Assembly (NCBI GenBank): GCA_965200965.1 | Contig: OZ241744.1 | Coordinates: forward strand, 2,944,001 to 3,008,000 | DNA from: an uncultured Candidatus Binatia bacterium | Lineage (GTDB): Bacteria; Desulfobacterota; Binatia; Bin18 | Length of the DNA stretch: 64,000 nucleotides | Direction: 5' to 3' | Part shown: piece after piece, positions 27,755-38,016 of the stretch | Layout of the letters: every line of letters starts with the position of its first letter | Numbering within the stretch: the stretch's first letter is position 1 | Made by a program: the position numbers and the translations under genes | The notes under the pieces: model-generated | What the model was told of the DNA's origin: nothing | Databases searched by the model: none | The model's input: the letters and a program-made list of their open reading frames with translations, nothing else

Positions 27755-29322
27755 TAGGTCAGCTCGGGCATGAGCGGGGCTACGGTGTCGGGGTTGAAGA
27801 CCACCACATCCGCGGTCATTCCCTCACGCAGCAGGCCGCGGCTGCTCAGACCCCACTGCGAAGCCGGCACAAAGCTCAGCATCCGCACCGCCTCTTCAAG
27901 CGTCACCTGCTGTTTCTCGCGCACCCAATAGCTGAGCAGGTGGGTTTGCAGCGAGGAGTCCATGATCTGGGACACATGCGCCCCGGAGTCCGAGAAGGTC
28001 ACGACCGAACGCGGGTGCTTAATCATCTGGAGGGCGTGGTCTTGGTCCTCGTTGGCCAGGGGTTGCAGGTAGAACTGCTTGAGGCCCTTGTCAAGGGCCA
28101 GGTCAATGAACACCTCGGCCGGGTCCTTGCCCTGTTCCGCGGCGACCTCGGCCACCGAGCGGTGGGGTGGGGTGGGCCGGTCCATGACGAACAGCCAGTC
28201 ATAATCCGCGGCCCGGGCTTCGGGACCGGTTCCCCGGCCGCCATCCGGCTCCTGGGCGCGGGCCTCTTCAAGGAGGTGGCGGCGGAAGTCGGGATCGCGC
28301 AGGGCGGCTTCTTTTTCCTGGAGCGAGCCCATCTTTTTCAGTCGCCGCCAACTTGGCAGACGGTCAAACGGGGTGTTGGTTTCAAATGACAGCACGGCGT
28401 TCAGCGAGCGGCTGTGGACCTGGAGGAACATCCGGCCGCCGGCCGCCGCGGTCTCATCGGCCAAGTCATAATAGGACTGCCAACAGTCCGGGGCCCGCCG
28501 CATGGTGAACATGCCGTAGGTCACGGGCACGCCGGTATCGACTGCCAGGGCCTTGAGGCGGTCCTGATAATCCCGGATGCGATCGGGGTCGCGCCCGGTG
28601 TCTTCGCCGGCGATCTCAAAAATGCCGGCCCCCAACTCGCCCATCACCCCGACCAGTTGGCGGACTTCCTCCCAGTTGGCCAGGCGGCTGGCCACCGGCT
28701 GGCGCTGTGGCGTCTGGTGGTTGCGCGTCCGTGAGGTAGTAAAACCCATTGCGCCGGCCTGAATGGCCCCGCGCACCTGCCGCTTCATGCGATCCAGGTC
28801 ATCCTCGGTCGCCTCGTCGCTGAACGCCCGCTCGCCCATGACATAAGTCCGCAGCGCCGAGTGGCCCATGTAGGCCCCGTAGTTGATGCCCTTGGGCAGA
28901 CGCTCCACGCTGTCGAGATACTCGGGAAAGGTCTCCCAGGTCCAGTTGATGCCGGCGTTCATGGCCTCGGGCGCAATGTCTTCGGCCCGCTCCAGGTTGC
29001 GCATCACCATGTCTTTTTCGCTCTCCTTGCACGGGGCGAGCGAAAAGCCGCAGTTGCCCATAATCACGCTGGTAATGCCGTGCCAGCATGAACACGTCCC
29101 CAGCGGGTCCCAGGATACCTGGGCGTCCATGTGGGTGTGGCCGTCGATAAAACCGGGGGCGACAACGTGGCCCTCGGCGTCAATCGCCTGTGTGGCGCGT
29201 GCTCCCCGAATGCGGCCAATTGAGGCGATTTTGCCGTCAATGATGCCGACATCGGCCCGAAAGCGGGGCAGGCCCGAGCCGTCCACCACCGTTCCATTGT
29301 GAATAATCAGATCGTACTGCAT
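27607..29322 (-). CDS. N-acyl-D-amino acid deacylase-like amidohydrolase (paralog of 21990-23681)
   Basis: PGFIDGHTHMD, MGNCG, SDSGAH. Confidence 0.9.
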   Translation of the reverse strand: MQYDLIIHNGTVVDGSGLPRFRADVGIIDGKIASIGRIRGARATQAIDAEGHVVAPGFIDGHTHMDAQVSWDPLGTCSCWHGITSVIMGNCGFSLAPCKESEKDMVMRNLERAEDIAPEAMNAGINWTWETFPEYLDSVERLPKGINYGAYMGHSALRTYVMGERAFSDEATEDDLDRMKRQVRGAIQAGAMGFTTSRTRNHQTPQRQPVASRLANWEEVRQLVGVMGELGAGIFEIAGEDTGRDPDRIRDYQDRLKALAVDTGVPVTYGMFTMRRAPDCWQSYYDLADETAAAGGRMFLQVHSRSLNAVLSFETNTPFDRLPSWRRLKKMGSLQEKEAALRDPDFRRHLLEEARAQEPDGGRGTGPEARAADYDWLFVMDRPTPPHRSVAEVAAEQGKDPAEVFIDLALDKGLKQFYLQPLANEDQDHALQMIKHPRSVVTFSDSGAHVSQIMDSSLQTHLLSYWVREKQQVTLEEAVRMLSFVPASQWGLSSRGLLREGMTADVVVFNPDTVAPLMPELTYDLPAGARRLKQKAAGFLATVVNGQVVLRNNEHTGALPGQLLRGPLARA

Positions 29323-29340
29323 GGGACCTCCTTGTGTGTC

Positions 29341-29763
29341 CTAGGGGTCAATCCGGGCCGAGGCGTAGCCGCTGATCACTTCGGCCCCGTCCTGATTCAC
29401 GGTCGAGACATCGAGTTCGACAATCGGCTGCTCTCCCTCCATCCGAATCTCTTTGACAGTTGCCCTGGCGGTCAGGCTGTCGCCCGGCCAGACCTGGCGG
29501 GTAAACCGCACCCCGTACCTGGTCAGACGCCCGTCGCCAACATAGTTGGTCAGCATTTTGCCGGTCATGCCCATGCTGAGCATTCCGTGGGCGAACACCG
29601 ACGGATAGCCGGCAACCTTGGTAGTAAAAACCTCATCGGTGTGGACCGGGTTGTAGTCCCCGGAGGCACCGGCGTACTGCACCAACTGGGTTCGGGTCAG
29701 GTTCTCGACAATGTGCTCTTCGTGGCGATCGCCGACTTTGAGTTGCCGTGCTGATAAGGCCAT
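29341..29763 (-). CDS. MaoC family dehydratase
   Basis: YAGASGDYNPVH, AHGM. Confidence 0.92.
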   Translation of the reverse strand: MALSARQLKVGDRHEEHIVENLTRTQLVQYAGASGDYNPVHTDEVFTTKVAGYPSVFAHGMLSMGMTGKMLTNYVGDGRLTRYGVRFTRQVWPGDSLTARATVKEIRMEGEQPIVELDVSTVNQDGAEVISGYASARIDP

Positions 29764-29774
29764 GCTTCTCCTCC

Positions 29775-30266
29775 CTATTGGTCAACCGGGCGCTCGGTCT
29801 GCACCCCAACACCGCGGGCGGTAATCACCAGCTCACCGTTCTGATCCCGATACTCGGTAATGGTCTCTGAAAAAATCAGCTTGCCCGAGCGCTTGCCCTG
29901 CTTCTCCCACATCTTGCCCGGCTTCTCGGTGGCGGTCAGCACATCGCCCGGCCTGAGGTGGCGGTGATACTCAAAGTGCTGCTCGGCGTGCAGCCCGCCG
30001 CCTCCTCCACCGCCGCCGCCTTCCTTTTTCTGGACGCCGGTCGCTTCCTTGCCCGAACCGAACCACGGCTTGCCGACCTTGGGCCGCAGGAAATAGTCCG
30101 GGTCAAACTGGGCGCTGGCCTGGGCAAAGGTCGGCGGGGCGATGATCGTCCCCGGCTCGGTGCCCCGGGCGTAGTCTTCGTCAGAATAGATGCGGTTCTC
30201 GTCGCCAACCGAACGGGCAAACATGAGGATATGGCTCGCCTCAACCGGGAATTTGTCTACTGCCAT
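29775..30266 (-). CDS. MaoC-like (FAS1 N-terminal hotdog) dehydratase partner
   Basis: FARSVGDEN, APPTF, LHAEQHFEY; adjacent to the MaoC gene. Confidence 0.85.
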   Translation of the reverse strand: MAVDKFPVEASHILMFARSVGDENRIYSDEDYARGTEPGTIIAPPTFAQASAQFDPDYFLRPKVGKPWFGSGKEATGVQKKEGGGGGGGGGLHAEQHFEYHRHLRPGDVLTATEKPGKMWEKQGKRSGKLIFSETITEYRDQNGELVITARGVGVQTERPVDQ

Positions 30267-30304
30267 GATACGCTCTCCCTTCTCCTCGTGGGCCACAGGC
30301 TGCG

Positions 30305-31066
30305 CTAGGCGCTGAGGTGTTTGTCGTAAAACGTCAGGACCCGATGCCACATGTCCTGGGCGGCAACCGGCCGGTAGCTGTCCCGGTAGTCGGCAAAAAA
30401 GGCGTGGCCGGCCTTGGGATACATCCGCATTTCATAGGGCTTGCCGTGCCTGTCAAGCTCGGCCTTGAGCCGCTCGGCGTGCTCGGGCGAGGGGTTGGGG
30501 TCTTCTTCGCCAAACAGCCCCAGCAGTGGACAGTTCAGGTCCTTCACCAGGTCAATCGGCGCGACCGGACGGGTGTCCGCATGATCGTTGGGTCCGTCCT
30601 GGGTGATGAAACCGCCGGCCGAGTCCACCGCGGCATCCAGGTTTTTGCTGGTGCAGCCAAACATCAGGGTATAGCGTCCGCCCGAACAGAAGCCGATCGC
30701 GCCCACCTTGCCGTTGGAGTCGGCCTGGCTCTTGATGTATTGGGCACCGGCGTCGAGGTCGCCCATCGCTTGCGCGTCAGGAACCGAGAACATGACCTTC
30801 ATCACGTTCTGGAGCATGGTGGCCGGGTTGCTCAGGTCGGGGGTGCCTTCACGCGTGTACATATCCGGGGCCAGGGCAATACAGCCTTCTCTGGCAAAGC
30901 GGTCGGCCACATCCTTGATATGATCGTTCAAACCAAAGGCTTCCATAATCACAATCACGCCGGGGTGCGGGCCAGGCGTGGTTGGCCGGCTCAGGTAGGC
31001 GCTGACGGGAGTGCCGCCATGACCGGGATAGTGCATCATTTCAGACTGGACCTCGGGTGGTCTCAT
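30305..31066 (-). CDS. Dienelactone hydrolase family
   Basis: EAFGLN, GFCSGG, D..P, HAF; ATG after GGAGG. Confidence 0.92.
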   Translation of the reverse strand: MRPPEVQSEMMHYPGHGGTPVSAYLSRPTTPGPHPGVIVIMEAFGLNDHIKDVADRFAREGCIALAPDMYTREGTPDLSNPATMLQNVMKVMFSVPDAQAMGDLDAGAQYIKSQADSNGKVGAIGFCSGGRYTLMFGCTSKNLDAAVDSAGGFITQDGPNDHADTRPVAPIDLVKDLNCPLLGLFGEEDPNPSPEHAERLKAELDRHGKPYEMRMYPKAGHAFFADYRDSYRPVAAQDMWHRVLTFYDKHLSA

Positions 31067-31338
31067 ACGCTTCACCTCCTGGAGAGAATTGTGTGATACC
31101 GGGAGCATACGTCCGCCGCCCTTTTCTTGCAAGCCTCGGCGGCACTGGCGACAGGACGCGCCTGGCCTCGCTGGTAGCCATGACAGCGGGACTCGGGGCC
31201 TCCCTCCCCCTTCTTCGTGTGGCTTGTGCCTCTGTATGGCGCGGAGGGGGCAGCGTGGGCCAGAACAACATACACCTGGGTTCTTGCCCTGGTTTTCATC
31301 CCGTTTAGTATAGCGATACTCCGACAGAGCTACCGGAT

Positions 31339-32604
31339 ATGAAAATGGCTGGCACACCTGCGGCAGAGACGCTTCATATCGGGATCGTGCTCCCGAGCCT
31401 GAAAGGGGGCGGAGCAGAGCGGATTATGCTCACCTTGGCAAAGTCGCTCATTGAGCGCGGCCACCGAATAGACCTGGTACTGGAGCGGTGCGCGGGGGAT
31501 TATCTGGCCGACCTGCCCAAGGATATGGGGCTGTACTATACGAGGACGCGGCTGTGGAAGGCTGACCCGGAGTTGCTCCGTCACTGCCGTGAACGTGGTA
31601 TCACGGCGCAGGCGCTACCCATCAACCCGCTCGGCGTGGCCCGGGCCTGGCTTGCTCTCAGGCGGAAGCGTCTGGGCGTACCCGTCAAGCGCAGATATGC
31701 CCTCTATGCCTATGGAATTGCGCGTTACATTCGTGCGGCGCAGCCCCAGTTGCTGCTGTCGGCACTGGTGCCGGCAAATGCCCCCGCCCTCTATGCAACA
31801 GAGTTGATGGGTCACTCCCTTCCGGCGGTTGTCTCGGTCCACAATAATGCCGGTTTGAGCTACACTGAAAATCAGCTGGCCACGGCAAGAGTGCTGTACC
31901 CCAGAGCGGATGCCGTGGTTGCGGTCTCCAAGGGTGCAGGCAGCGAGGTCAGTGGGCTGTTGGGAGTGCCAGCCGCCCGTGTTCATACCGTCTACAATCC
32001 CATCTCTTCCAGCGACATCTGGCGGCTGGCCCAGGAGGAGGTAGCCCACCCCTGGTTCAGGGATGGTGAGCCGCCGGTTATTCTGAATGTCGGGCGAGAG
32101 ACGGCCGCCAAGGACTACCCCACCCTTGTTGAAGCGTTTGGGCTGGTGCGTCGTCAACTTCGGGTGCGGCTCGTCATTCTTGGGCACTTCTCGGCGTCGT
32201 ACCGGGCAGGGCTGATTGCTCAGGCCCAAAGCCACGGGGGAGAAAGAGACTTGGCGTTTGTGGATTTTGACCAGCACCCGTTTCGGTACATGCGCCGGGC
32301 GCGGCTGTTCGCGCTCTCTTCCCGGTGGGAGGGCTTACCAACAGTGCTCCTGGAAGCCCTGGCCTGCGGGACGCCCGTGGTGAGCACGGCTACGCCTTAC
32401 GGGCCGAGCGAAATCCTTGACGGAGGGCGCTGGGGCAAACTTGTCCCGGTCGGAGACGCCCCGGCCCTGGGGCAGGCGATGGTTGAGACCCTGCAAGGCG
32501 ACCGGCCAGCGGAAGAAGTGCTCAGACGCCGGGCTGCGGACTTCTCTTGCGAACGGGCTACCGGCGCATATACGGCTCTGTTTGAGCAACTGATGAGGAA
32601 CTGA
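31339..32604 (+). CDS. Glycosyltransferase family 4 (GT-B)
   Basis: GGGAER, SSRWEGLPTVLLEALACG. Confidence 0.92.
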   Translation: MKMAGTPAAETLHIGIVLPSLKGGGAERIMLTLAKSLIERGHRIDLVLERCAGDYLADLPKDMGLYYTRTRLWKADPELLRHCRERGITAQALPINPLGVARAWLALRRKRLGVPVKRRYALYAYGIARYIRAAQPQLLLSALVPANAPALYATELMGHSLPAVVSVHNNAGLSYTENQLATARVLYPRADAVVAVSKGAGSEVSGLLGVPAARVHTVYNPISSSDIWRLAQEEVAHPWFRDGEPPVILNVGRETAAKDYPTLVEAFGLVRRQLRVRLVILGHFSASYRAGLIAQAQSHGGERDLAFVDFDQHPFRYMRRARLFALSSRWEGLPTVLLEALACGTPVVSTATPYGPSEILDGGRWGKLVPVGDAPALGQAMVETLQGDRPAEEVLRRRAADFSCERATGAYTALFEQLMRN

Positions 32605-32633
32605 CATAGAGTACACAAAAATCTCCGTAAGCA

Positions 32634-32719
32634 CCTGTTTTTATTGAATCCGACGTGGGGGGTAGAGGATCAGTTGAGCTTATGCAAAGATCGGGAAGTC
32701 AATCTCCATCTTTTCTGAC
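32634..32719 (+). repeat. AT-rich dispersed repeat, inverted relative to 24701-24765
   Basis: CCTGTTTTTATTGAATCCG...CTTATGCAAA...TTTTCTGAC. Confidence 0.7.
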
Positions 32720-32820
32720 CAAAATTCCCATTTTGGCGAGATGGGGCGGATACCGCTCAAGGTCCCAGGCTTGCCCGTCCCCAGGGGCGAGGTCCAGCTT
32801 GGCGTACAAAGGAGGAGCCT

Positions 32821-33681
32821 GTGGCACTGATGAAAGACTACGCCCATCCTGAGACCCTGGTTGACACCGACTGGGTCGCCGTCCATTTGCACGACCCGCA
32901 GGTGCGGATCGTTGATGTGCATATTGACCCGACGCCGTACAGATCGGGCCATATCCCCGGGGCGGTTTTCTGGAACGCCCCTGAGACCCTGCTCAAACCG
33001 GACTGGAGCATCAATTTTGACAGGCAATCGGTGGAAGAGTTGTGCGGCCGTTCGGGCATTGCCAACGACACCACCGTCATCGCCTACAGCGACCATAGCG
33101 CGATAGCTCCGTGGGTGTTCTGGTTTCTCAGGTCCGTCGGTCACGCCGATGTGCGCGTTCTCAACGGCGGACGCAAGAAGTGGGTCGCCGACGGCCACCC
33201 GCTGACGACTGAGGAGCCGACCGTCTCGGCCGCCAGCTATCACGCCCAGGACCCCAACCCGGACCTGCGCGCCCTTCAGGACAGGGTCCGGGCCGCGGTT
33301 GGAAAAGAGGACCGGGTCTTGCTGGATGTCCGAACGCCCGAGGAATACCGGGGTGAACTGTTTCTGCTCGAAGCACCCCAGGGGACTGAGCGGGCCGGCC
33401 ATATTCCCGGGGCAACCCATCTTTATTATGAGGCCGCCCTCAACGAGGACGAGACGTTTAAGGCCGCGGACGAACTGGCGGCCCTGTACGCCGGCCGGGG
33501 CGTCAGCGCGGATAGGGAAACGATCACCTATTGCGCGGTCGGCATCCGCTCGGCCCATACCTGGTTTGTGCTGACCCAGCTGCTCGGCTATCCCCATGTC
33601 CGCAGCTTTGACGCCTCGTGGAATCTGTGGGGCCGGCTGCCTGACACGCCGGTTGAGGGGAAAGGAGGGGCCGTATGCTGA
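32821..33681 (+). CDS. Tandem-domain rhodanese / sulfurtransferase
   Basis: GHIPGA twice, LNGG, YCAVGIRS active-site loop. Confidence 0.92.
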   Translation: MALMKDYAHPETLVDTDWVAVHLHDPQVRIVDVHIDPTPYRSGHIPGAVFWNAPETLLKPDWSINFDRQSVEELCGRSGIANDTTVIAYSDHSAIAPWVFWFLRSVGHADVRVLNGGRKKWVADGHPLTTEEPTVSAASYHAQDPNPDLRALQDRVRAAVGKEDRVLLDVRTPEEYRGELFLLEAPQGTERAGHIPGATHLYYEAALNEDETFKAADELAALYAGRGVSADRETITYCAVGIRSAHTWFVLTQLLGYPHVRSFDASWNLWGRLPDTPVEGKGGAVC

Positions 33682-34922
33682 ATCGCTACCGGGTTCTTGA
33701 CCTGACAACCGAGCGGGGTTTGCTGTGCGCTCAGATTCTGGGGGATCTGGGTGCGGATGTGATTAAAGTCGAACCCCCGGGCGGTTCACCCGCCCGGCGA
33801 CTTGGACCGTTCTACCAGGATCGGCCCGACCCCGACACCTCCCTGGTGTGGTGGGCGTATAACCGCAACAAACGCAGTATTACGCTGGATATCACGACAG
33901 ACGAAGGCCGGGATATCCTGCGCCGTCTGGTCAAAAGCGCCCACTTCTTCATCGAATCCGACATGCCCGGCACGCTGGCCGAACTCGGCTTGGGTTATCC
34001 CGAGCTGGCGGCTGACAACCCCGGCCTGATCTACGTTTCGATCACCCCCTTCGGCCAGAACGGCCCCAAGGCCAGCTATGCCGATAGCGATCTGGTCATC
34101 CTGGCGGCCGGCGGTCCGCTGATTCTGACCGGTGACGACGACCGGCCTCCGGTCCGGGTCAGCGTGCCCCAGGCCTATCCCCACGCCAGCGCGGCCGCTG
34201 CCGCGGCGGCCATGATCGCCCTCTACGAATCCCTGCGCTCCGGTCAGGGACAGTACATCGACATCTCGGCCCAACAGGCGGTTGCCCAGGCTACCCAGTC
34301 AACCCTGCTGGCGGCTCCCCTGGGCGACGCCGACTCGCAGCGCATGTCGGGCGGGGCCAAGCTGGGCGACATTCCGATCCGCCTCATCTGGCCGGCCAGG
34401 GACGGCCATGTGGCGATCAGCTATCTGTTTGGCTCGGCCATCGCCCATTTTACCCAGCGCCTTATGAACTGGATCTGCGAAGAGGGCTTCTGCGATGAAG
34501 CCACCCGCGACAAAGACTGGGTCGGCTACGGCGCGTATCTGTTCAGCGGCAGCCAGGAGGCGATTGATGACTATATCGGCCTGACCGAACTGCTGGAACG
34601 CTTCACCATCACCAAGACCAAGACCGAGTTGTTGGAAGGCGCGCTTGAGCGCGGGCTGTTGATTGCGCCCATCACCACGACCGAAGAGGTGGTCCACAGC
34701 CCACAACTGGCCGCGCGTGACTACTGGCAGACGCTGGAGCATCCAGAGTTGAGGCAGAGCTTTGGCTACCCGGGGCCGTTCGCCAAGTTCAGCACCTGTC
34801 CGATCAGCTATCGCCGCCGTCCGCCGACCGTGGGCGAACATAACACCGAGATATATCTTGACGAATTAGGCCTGAGCCGCCAGCGGCTGGCCGACCTCAC
34901 CACGCGGAGGATTATCGCATGA
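33675..34922 (+). CDS. CoA-transferase family III subunit
   Basis: LGDLGADVIKVEPPGG, NRNKRSITLD, GEHN. Confidence 0.92.
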   Translation: MLNRYRVLDLTTERGLLCAQILGDLGADVIKVEPPGGSPARRLGPFYQDRPDPDTSLVWWAYNRNKRSITLDITTDEGRDILRRLVKSAHFFIESDMPGTLAELGLGYPELAADNPGLIYVSITPFGQNGPKASYADSDLVILAAGGPLILTGDDDRPPVRVSVPQAYPHASAAAAAAAMIALYESLRSGQGQYIDISAQQAVAQATQSTLLAAPLGDADSQRMSGGAKLGDIPIRLIWPARDGHVAISYLFGSAIAHFTQRLMNWICEEGFCDEATRDKDWVGYGAYLFSGSQEAIDDYIGLTELLERFTITKTKTELLEGALERGLLIAPITTTEEVVHSPQLAARDYWQTLEHPELRQSFGYPGPFAKFSTCPISYRRRPPTVGEHNTEIYLDELGLSRQRLADLTTRRIIA

Positions 34923-36136
34923 CACACACCGATGCACTGGCCGGGGTCAAAATTCTGGACTTCATGTGGGCGATTGCCGGGCCGGCCTCAACGCGCATAC
35001 TGGCCGATTACGGCGCGACCGTCGTGCGGGTCGAGACCACCACCCGCTTTGACGCGGTGCGGACCGTCGGACCGTTTCATGGCGGCAAACCGGGGTTGGA
35101 GAACGCCGGCATGTTCTACAACATGAACGCTGGAAAGCTGCCGATTACCCTGGATTTAGCCAAGCCGGCGGCCCGTGAAGTTGTCCTTGACCTCGTCCGC
35201 TGGGCCGACGTGGTGGCCGAGTCCTTCTCGCCCAAGACCATGCAAGCCTGGGGCTTTGACTACGCATCCCTGCGGCAGCTCAAACCCGACATCATCATGC
35301 TCAGCACCTGTCTGATGGGACAGACCGGACCGAGGTCCAGGTTTGCCGGGTTTGGCAATCTGGCGGCCGCCATCTCGGGCTTCTTTCATCCCACCGGCTG
35401 GCCCGACCGACCGCCGGCCGGCCCGTTTGGCGCGTATACCGACTACATCGCGCCGTGGTACAACGCTACCGCCATCATGGCCGCCCTGACCCATAAACAC
35501 CACACCGGCGAGGGCCAGCATATTGATCTGTCCCAGGCCGAAGCCGCGCTCCAGTTTCTCGGTCCGGCCCTGCTTGATTATACCGCCAACGGACGCATCC
35601 AGGGGCCGGCCGGCAACCGCGACCGGAACTTTGCCCCGCACGGCGTCTATCCCACGCGCGGACACGATCGCTGGATCGCTATTGTGGCGGAAAACGACCA
35701 ACACTGGCAAGCGCTGTGTACGGTCATGGGCCGTCCGGAACTGGCCAACGACGCCCGGTTTGCCACCCGAACGGCACGGCTGGACAGCCAGGACGAGTTA
35801 GACAGCCTGATTGCCGACTGGACCCGCCAGCACGATATGCTTGAGGCCGAGGCACGCCTCCAGGCCCAGCGCATACCGGCCAGCGCACTGCGCAGCGTAC
35901 GCGATCTGTACGACGACCCGCAGCTCCAGCAGCGTCAACACTTTGTCGATCTGTCGCATCCCAAGCACGGCACTACCACCGTCGAAGGCTCACGCTTCAA
36001 ATTTTCCCGCACCCCGGCCCGGGTAGAGGGTGCCGCGCCGACCCTGGGCCGCGAAAACGCCTATGTGCTGGAAACCATCCTGGGCTACAGCCAGGAGCGG
36101 ATTACCGAACTCGTTGCCGCCGGCGTGCTGGAGTAG
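34919..36136 (+). CDS. CoA-transferase family III subunit
   Basis: LADYGATVVRVE, NAGK..ITLD, AYTD; ATGA overlap with the paralog suggests a heterodimer. Confidence 0.92.
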   Translation: MTHTDALAGVKILDFMWAIAGPASTRILADYGATVVRVETTTRFDAVRTVGPFHGGKPGLENAGMFYNMNAGKLPITLDLAKPAAREVVLDLVRWADVVAESFSPKTMQAWGFDYASLRQLKPDIIMLSTCLMGQTGPRSRFAGFGNLAAAISGFFHPTGWPDRPPAGPFGAYTDYIAPWYNATAIMAALTHKHHTGEGQHIDLSQAEAALQFLGPALLDYTANGRIQGPAGNRDRNFAPHGVYPTRGHDRWIAIVAENDQHWQALCTVMGRPELANDARFATRTARLDSQDELDSLIADWTRQHDMLEAEARLQAQRIPASALRSVRDLYDDPQLQQRQHFVDLSHPKHGTTTVEGSRFKFSRTPARVEGAAPTLGRENAYVLETILGYSQERITELVAAGVLE

Positions 36137-36189
36137 CCCGGGCAGCCGCGCTGCGACACAAGAAGGAACGGCGTTTTCTGGAGGTGCCA

Positions 36190-37338
36190 ATGCTCAAACG
36201 CCTGTATGTCAACAACTACAAGTGCCTGGTGAATTTTGAGTTGTCTTTTGCCCGGACGACTCTGCTTGTGGGCCTCAATGGCAGCGGCAAATCCACCGTT
36301 TTTGACGTGCTGGAATATCTGCGCGAGTTCGTAGTGGGTGAGGCGTTAGAAGATGAGGCGGATGTTGAGGAGATTTTCCCGTCCGATTCACTGACCCGAT
36401 GGCAGAGTTTCAATCTGCAAAGGTTTGAACTGACCGTAAGCGGGGGGCCTGCCGGAGTTAGCGAGGACTACCACTACCTCCTCGAACTGGAACACGACCG
36501 CGCCCGTCAACGCCGTCGAGTGCATAGCGAGACAGTACAGACATCTACCGACCTGCTGTTCCGGTTCGAGGACGGAGAAGTGAGCTTGTTTCGGGATAAC
36601 GGCTCAGCAGGCCCGCAGTTTCCCTTTGACTGGACCCGCTCCGGCCTCACCACCGTAGTAGAACGGCATGACAATACGCGCCTGTCGTGGTTCAAAAGAT
36701 GGCTTTGGGACCTGCACACAGTTCGTCTCAACCCATTTTCCATGCGCAGCCAAGCGCGGCGGGAAGTGTTCCACCCGAGGACGAACCTGTCTGACTTTGC
36801 TCGCTGGTATCGCCATCTGATGCAGGAACATCCGAGAGAAGTCAGTGATCTGTTTAACTCGCTGGGCCAAGTCCTTGACGGCTTCCGCGCCTTGGAACTC
36901 ATCCAGGACGGAGAAGTCGGCCGAACGCTCAAGGTCCGGTTTGCAACGGGACACGAGGGGGAGCCTCAGAAATCTTTTCAGCTTGGCTTTCGGGAGTTGT
37001 CGGACGGGCAACGGGCACTGATCGCCCTGTACACCTTGCTGCACACGACAAAGGGTCAGGCGACCACGCTGTGCCTGGATGAGCCCGGCAATTTTGTCGC
37101 CCTGGCCGAAATTCAGCCCTTGATCTTTGAGTTCTGCGACGCAGCCGAGGAGAATGGCCCCCAGGTCGTTTTCGCCTCGCACCACCCGGAGATCATCGAT
37201 CACCCGGCTATCGAGAGCAAGCTCCTCTTTCGCCGGGATAAGGGCGGGCCAACGCGCATTGAGCCTCTTGAGCGCACGACCCTTCCATCCTCAGAGGTCA
37301 TAGCGCGCGGCTGGGAGAATGATGAAGCGATACGCTAA
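36190..37338 (+). CDS. ABC-type ATPase (AAA_15/AAA_21-like)
   Basis: NYKCL, GLNGSGKS, LSDGQR signature, LDEP, SHHP H-loop. Confidence 0.88.
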   Translation: MLKRLYVNNYKCLVNFELSFARTTLLVGLNGSGKSTVFDVLEYLREFVVGEALEDEADVEEIFPSDSLTRWQSFNLQRFELTVSGGPAGVSEDYHYLLELEHDRARQRRRVHSETVQTSTDLLFRFEDGEVSLFRDNGSAGPQFPFDWTRSGLTTVVERHDNTRLSWFKRWLWDLHTVRLNPFSMRSQARREVFHPRTNLSDFARWYRHLMQEHPREVSDLFNSLGQVLDGFRALELIQDGEVGRTLKVRFATGHEGEPQKSFQLGFRELSDGQRALIALYTLLHTTKGQATTLCLDEPGNFVALAEIQPLIFEFCDAAEENGPQVVFASHHPEIIDHPAIESKLLFRRDKGGPTRIEPLERTTLPSSEVIARGWENDEAIR

Positions 37339-37867
37339 GGTTATTGTTCTCGGCGAAGACCGCGCCCATAGAAACTTCATCCGTCATTACTTGAAGAAAC
37401 GGGGCTTCAACCATCGGCAAATCCATGTTAGACGGCAGGGGTCGGGAAAGCAGTTTGTCTTGGAAAACTATGCAACAGAAGTGAAAGCCTATCGTAGCCA
37501 AGCCAACCACTTGTCGCACGCCCTGGTAACGGTCATTGATGCGGATACGCAAAAAGTCCGGGACATTCATCGTTGTCTTGAAAAACGGTTACAAGGTGAC
37601 AGCATTCATAACCGTCAGACAGACGAACGTATCGCCGTTTTGGTCCCAAAGCGGAATATCGAGACCTGGATGGTGTATCTTCTGGGTAGCACCGTTGATG
37701 AAGAAAAAAACTACAAAGAGCACCAGCTAGCGAAAGACCCGCAAGCTCCCAAGCGGGCCGGCATCACCTTAGCCCGACAACTCGGACAAGAGCCAGGGGC
37801 GGACTGTCCGCAGTCGTTGCAGGCGGCAGGGTCTGAGTTGAAGGACCGCCTGCCTGGGCAACGATAA
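37319..37867 (+). CDS. TOPRIM-like (DUF4276/RloB-like) partner of the ATPase
   Basis: VLGED...VIDAD...P.RNIETW; overlaps the ATPase 3' end. Confidence 0.65.
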   Translation: MMKRYAKVIVLGEDRAHRNFIRHYLKKRGFNHRQIHVRRQGSGKQFVLENYATEVKAYRSQANHLSHALVTVIDADTQKVRDIHRCLEKRLQGDSIHNRQTDERIAVLVPKRNIETWMVYLLGSTVDEEKNYKEHQLAKDPQAPKRAGITLARQLGQEPGADCPQSLQAAGSELKDRLPGQR

Positions 37868-38016
37868 CGAGTCACCTGTTTTGGTCCTCACCATCCCCGT
37901 CTTTGATTTCTTGTTCCAACTCAGGAATTTCTTCATAGCTGGGAAGGACCGGCGTGCTGGAGTAGGGTGGCCGGCCTTCATCCGGCCACCCCCATTTTTG
38001 GGCGGATAGCAGCAGA

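Noticed and set aside
21990-29322. Convergent amidohydrolase paralogs as arms of an invertible segment
   Set aside because: Only short motif-coding stretches match and no invertase is present.
29995-30020. Poly-Gly run in the MaoC-like gene as a contingency locus
   Set aside because: Mixed codons, in frame; an ordinary flexible loop.
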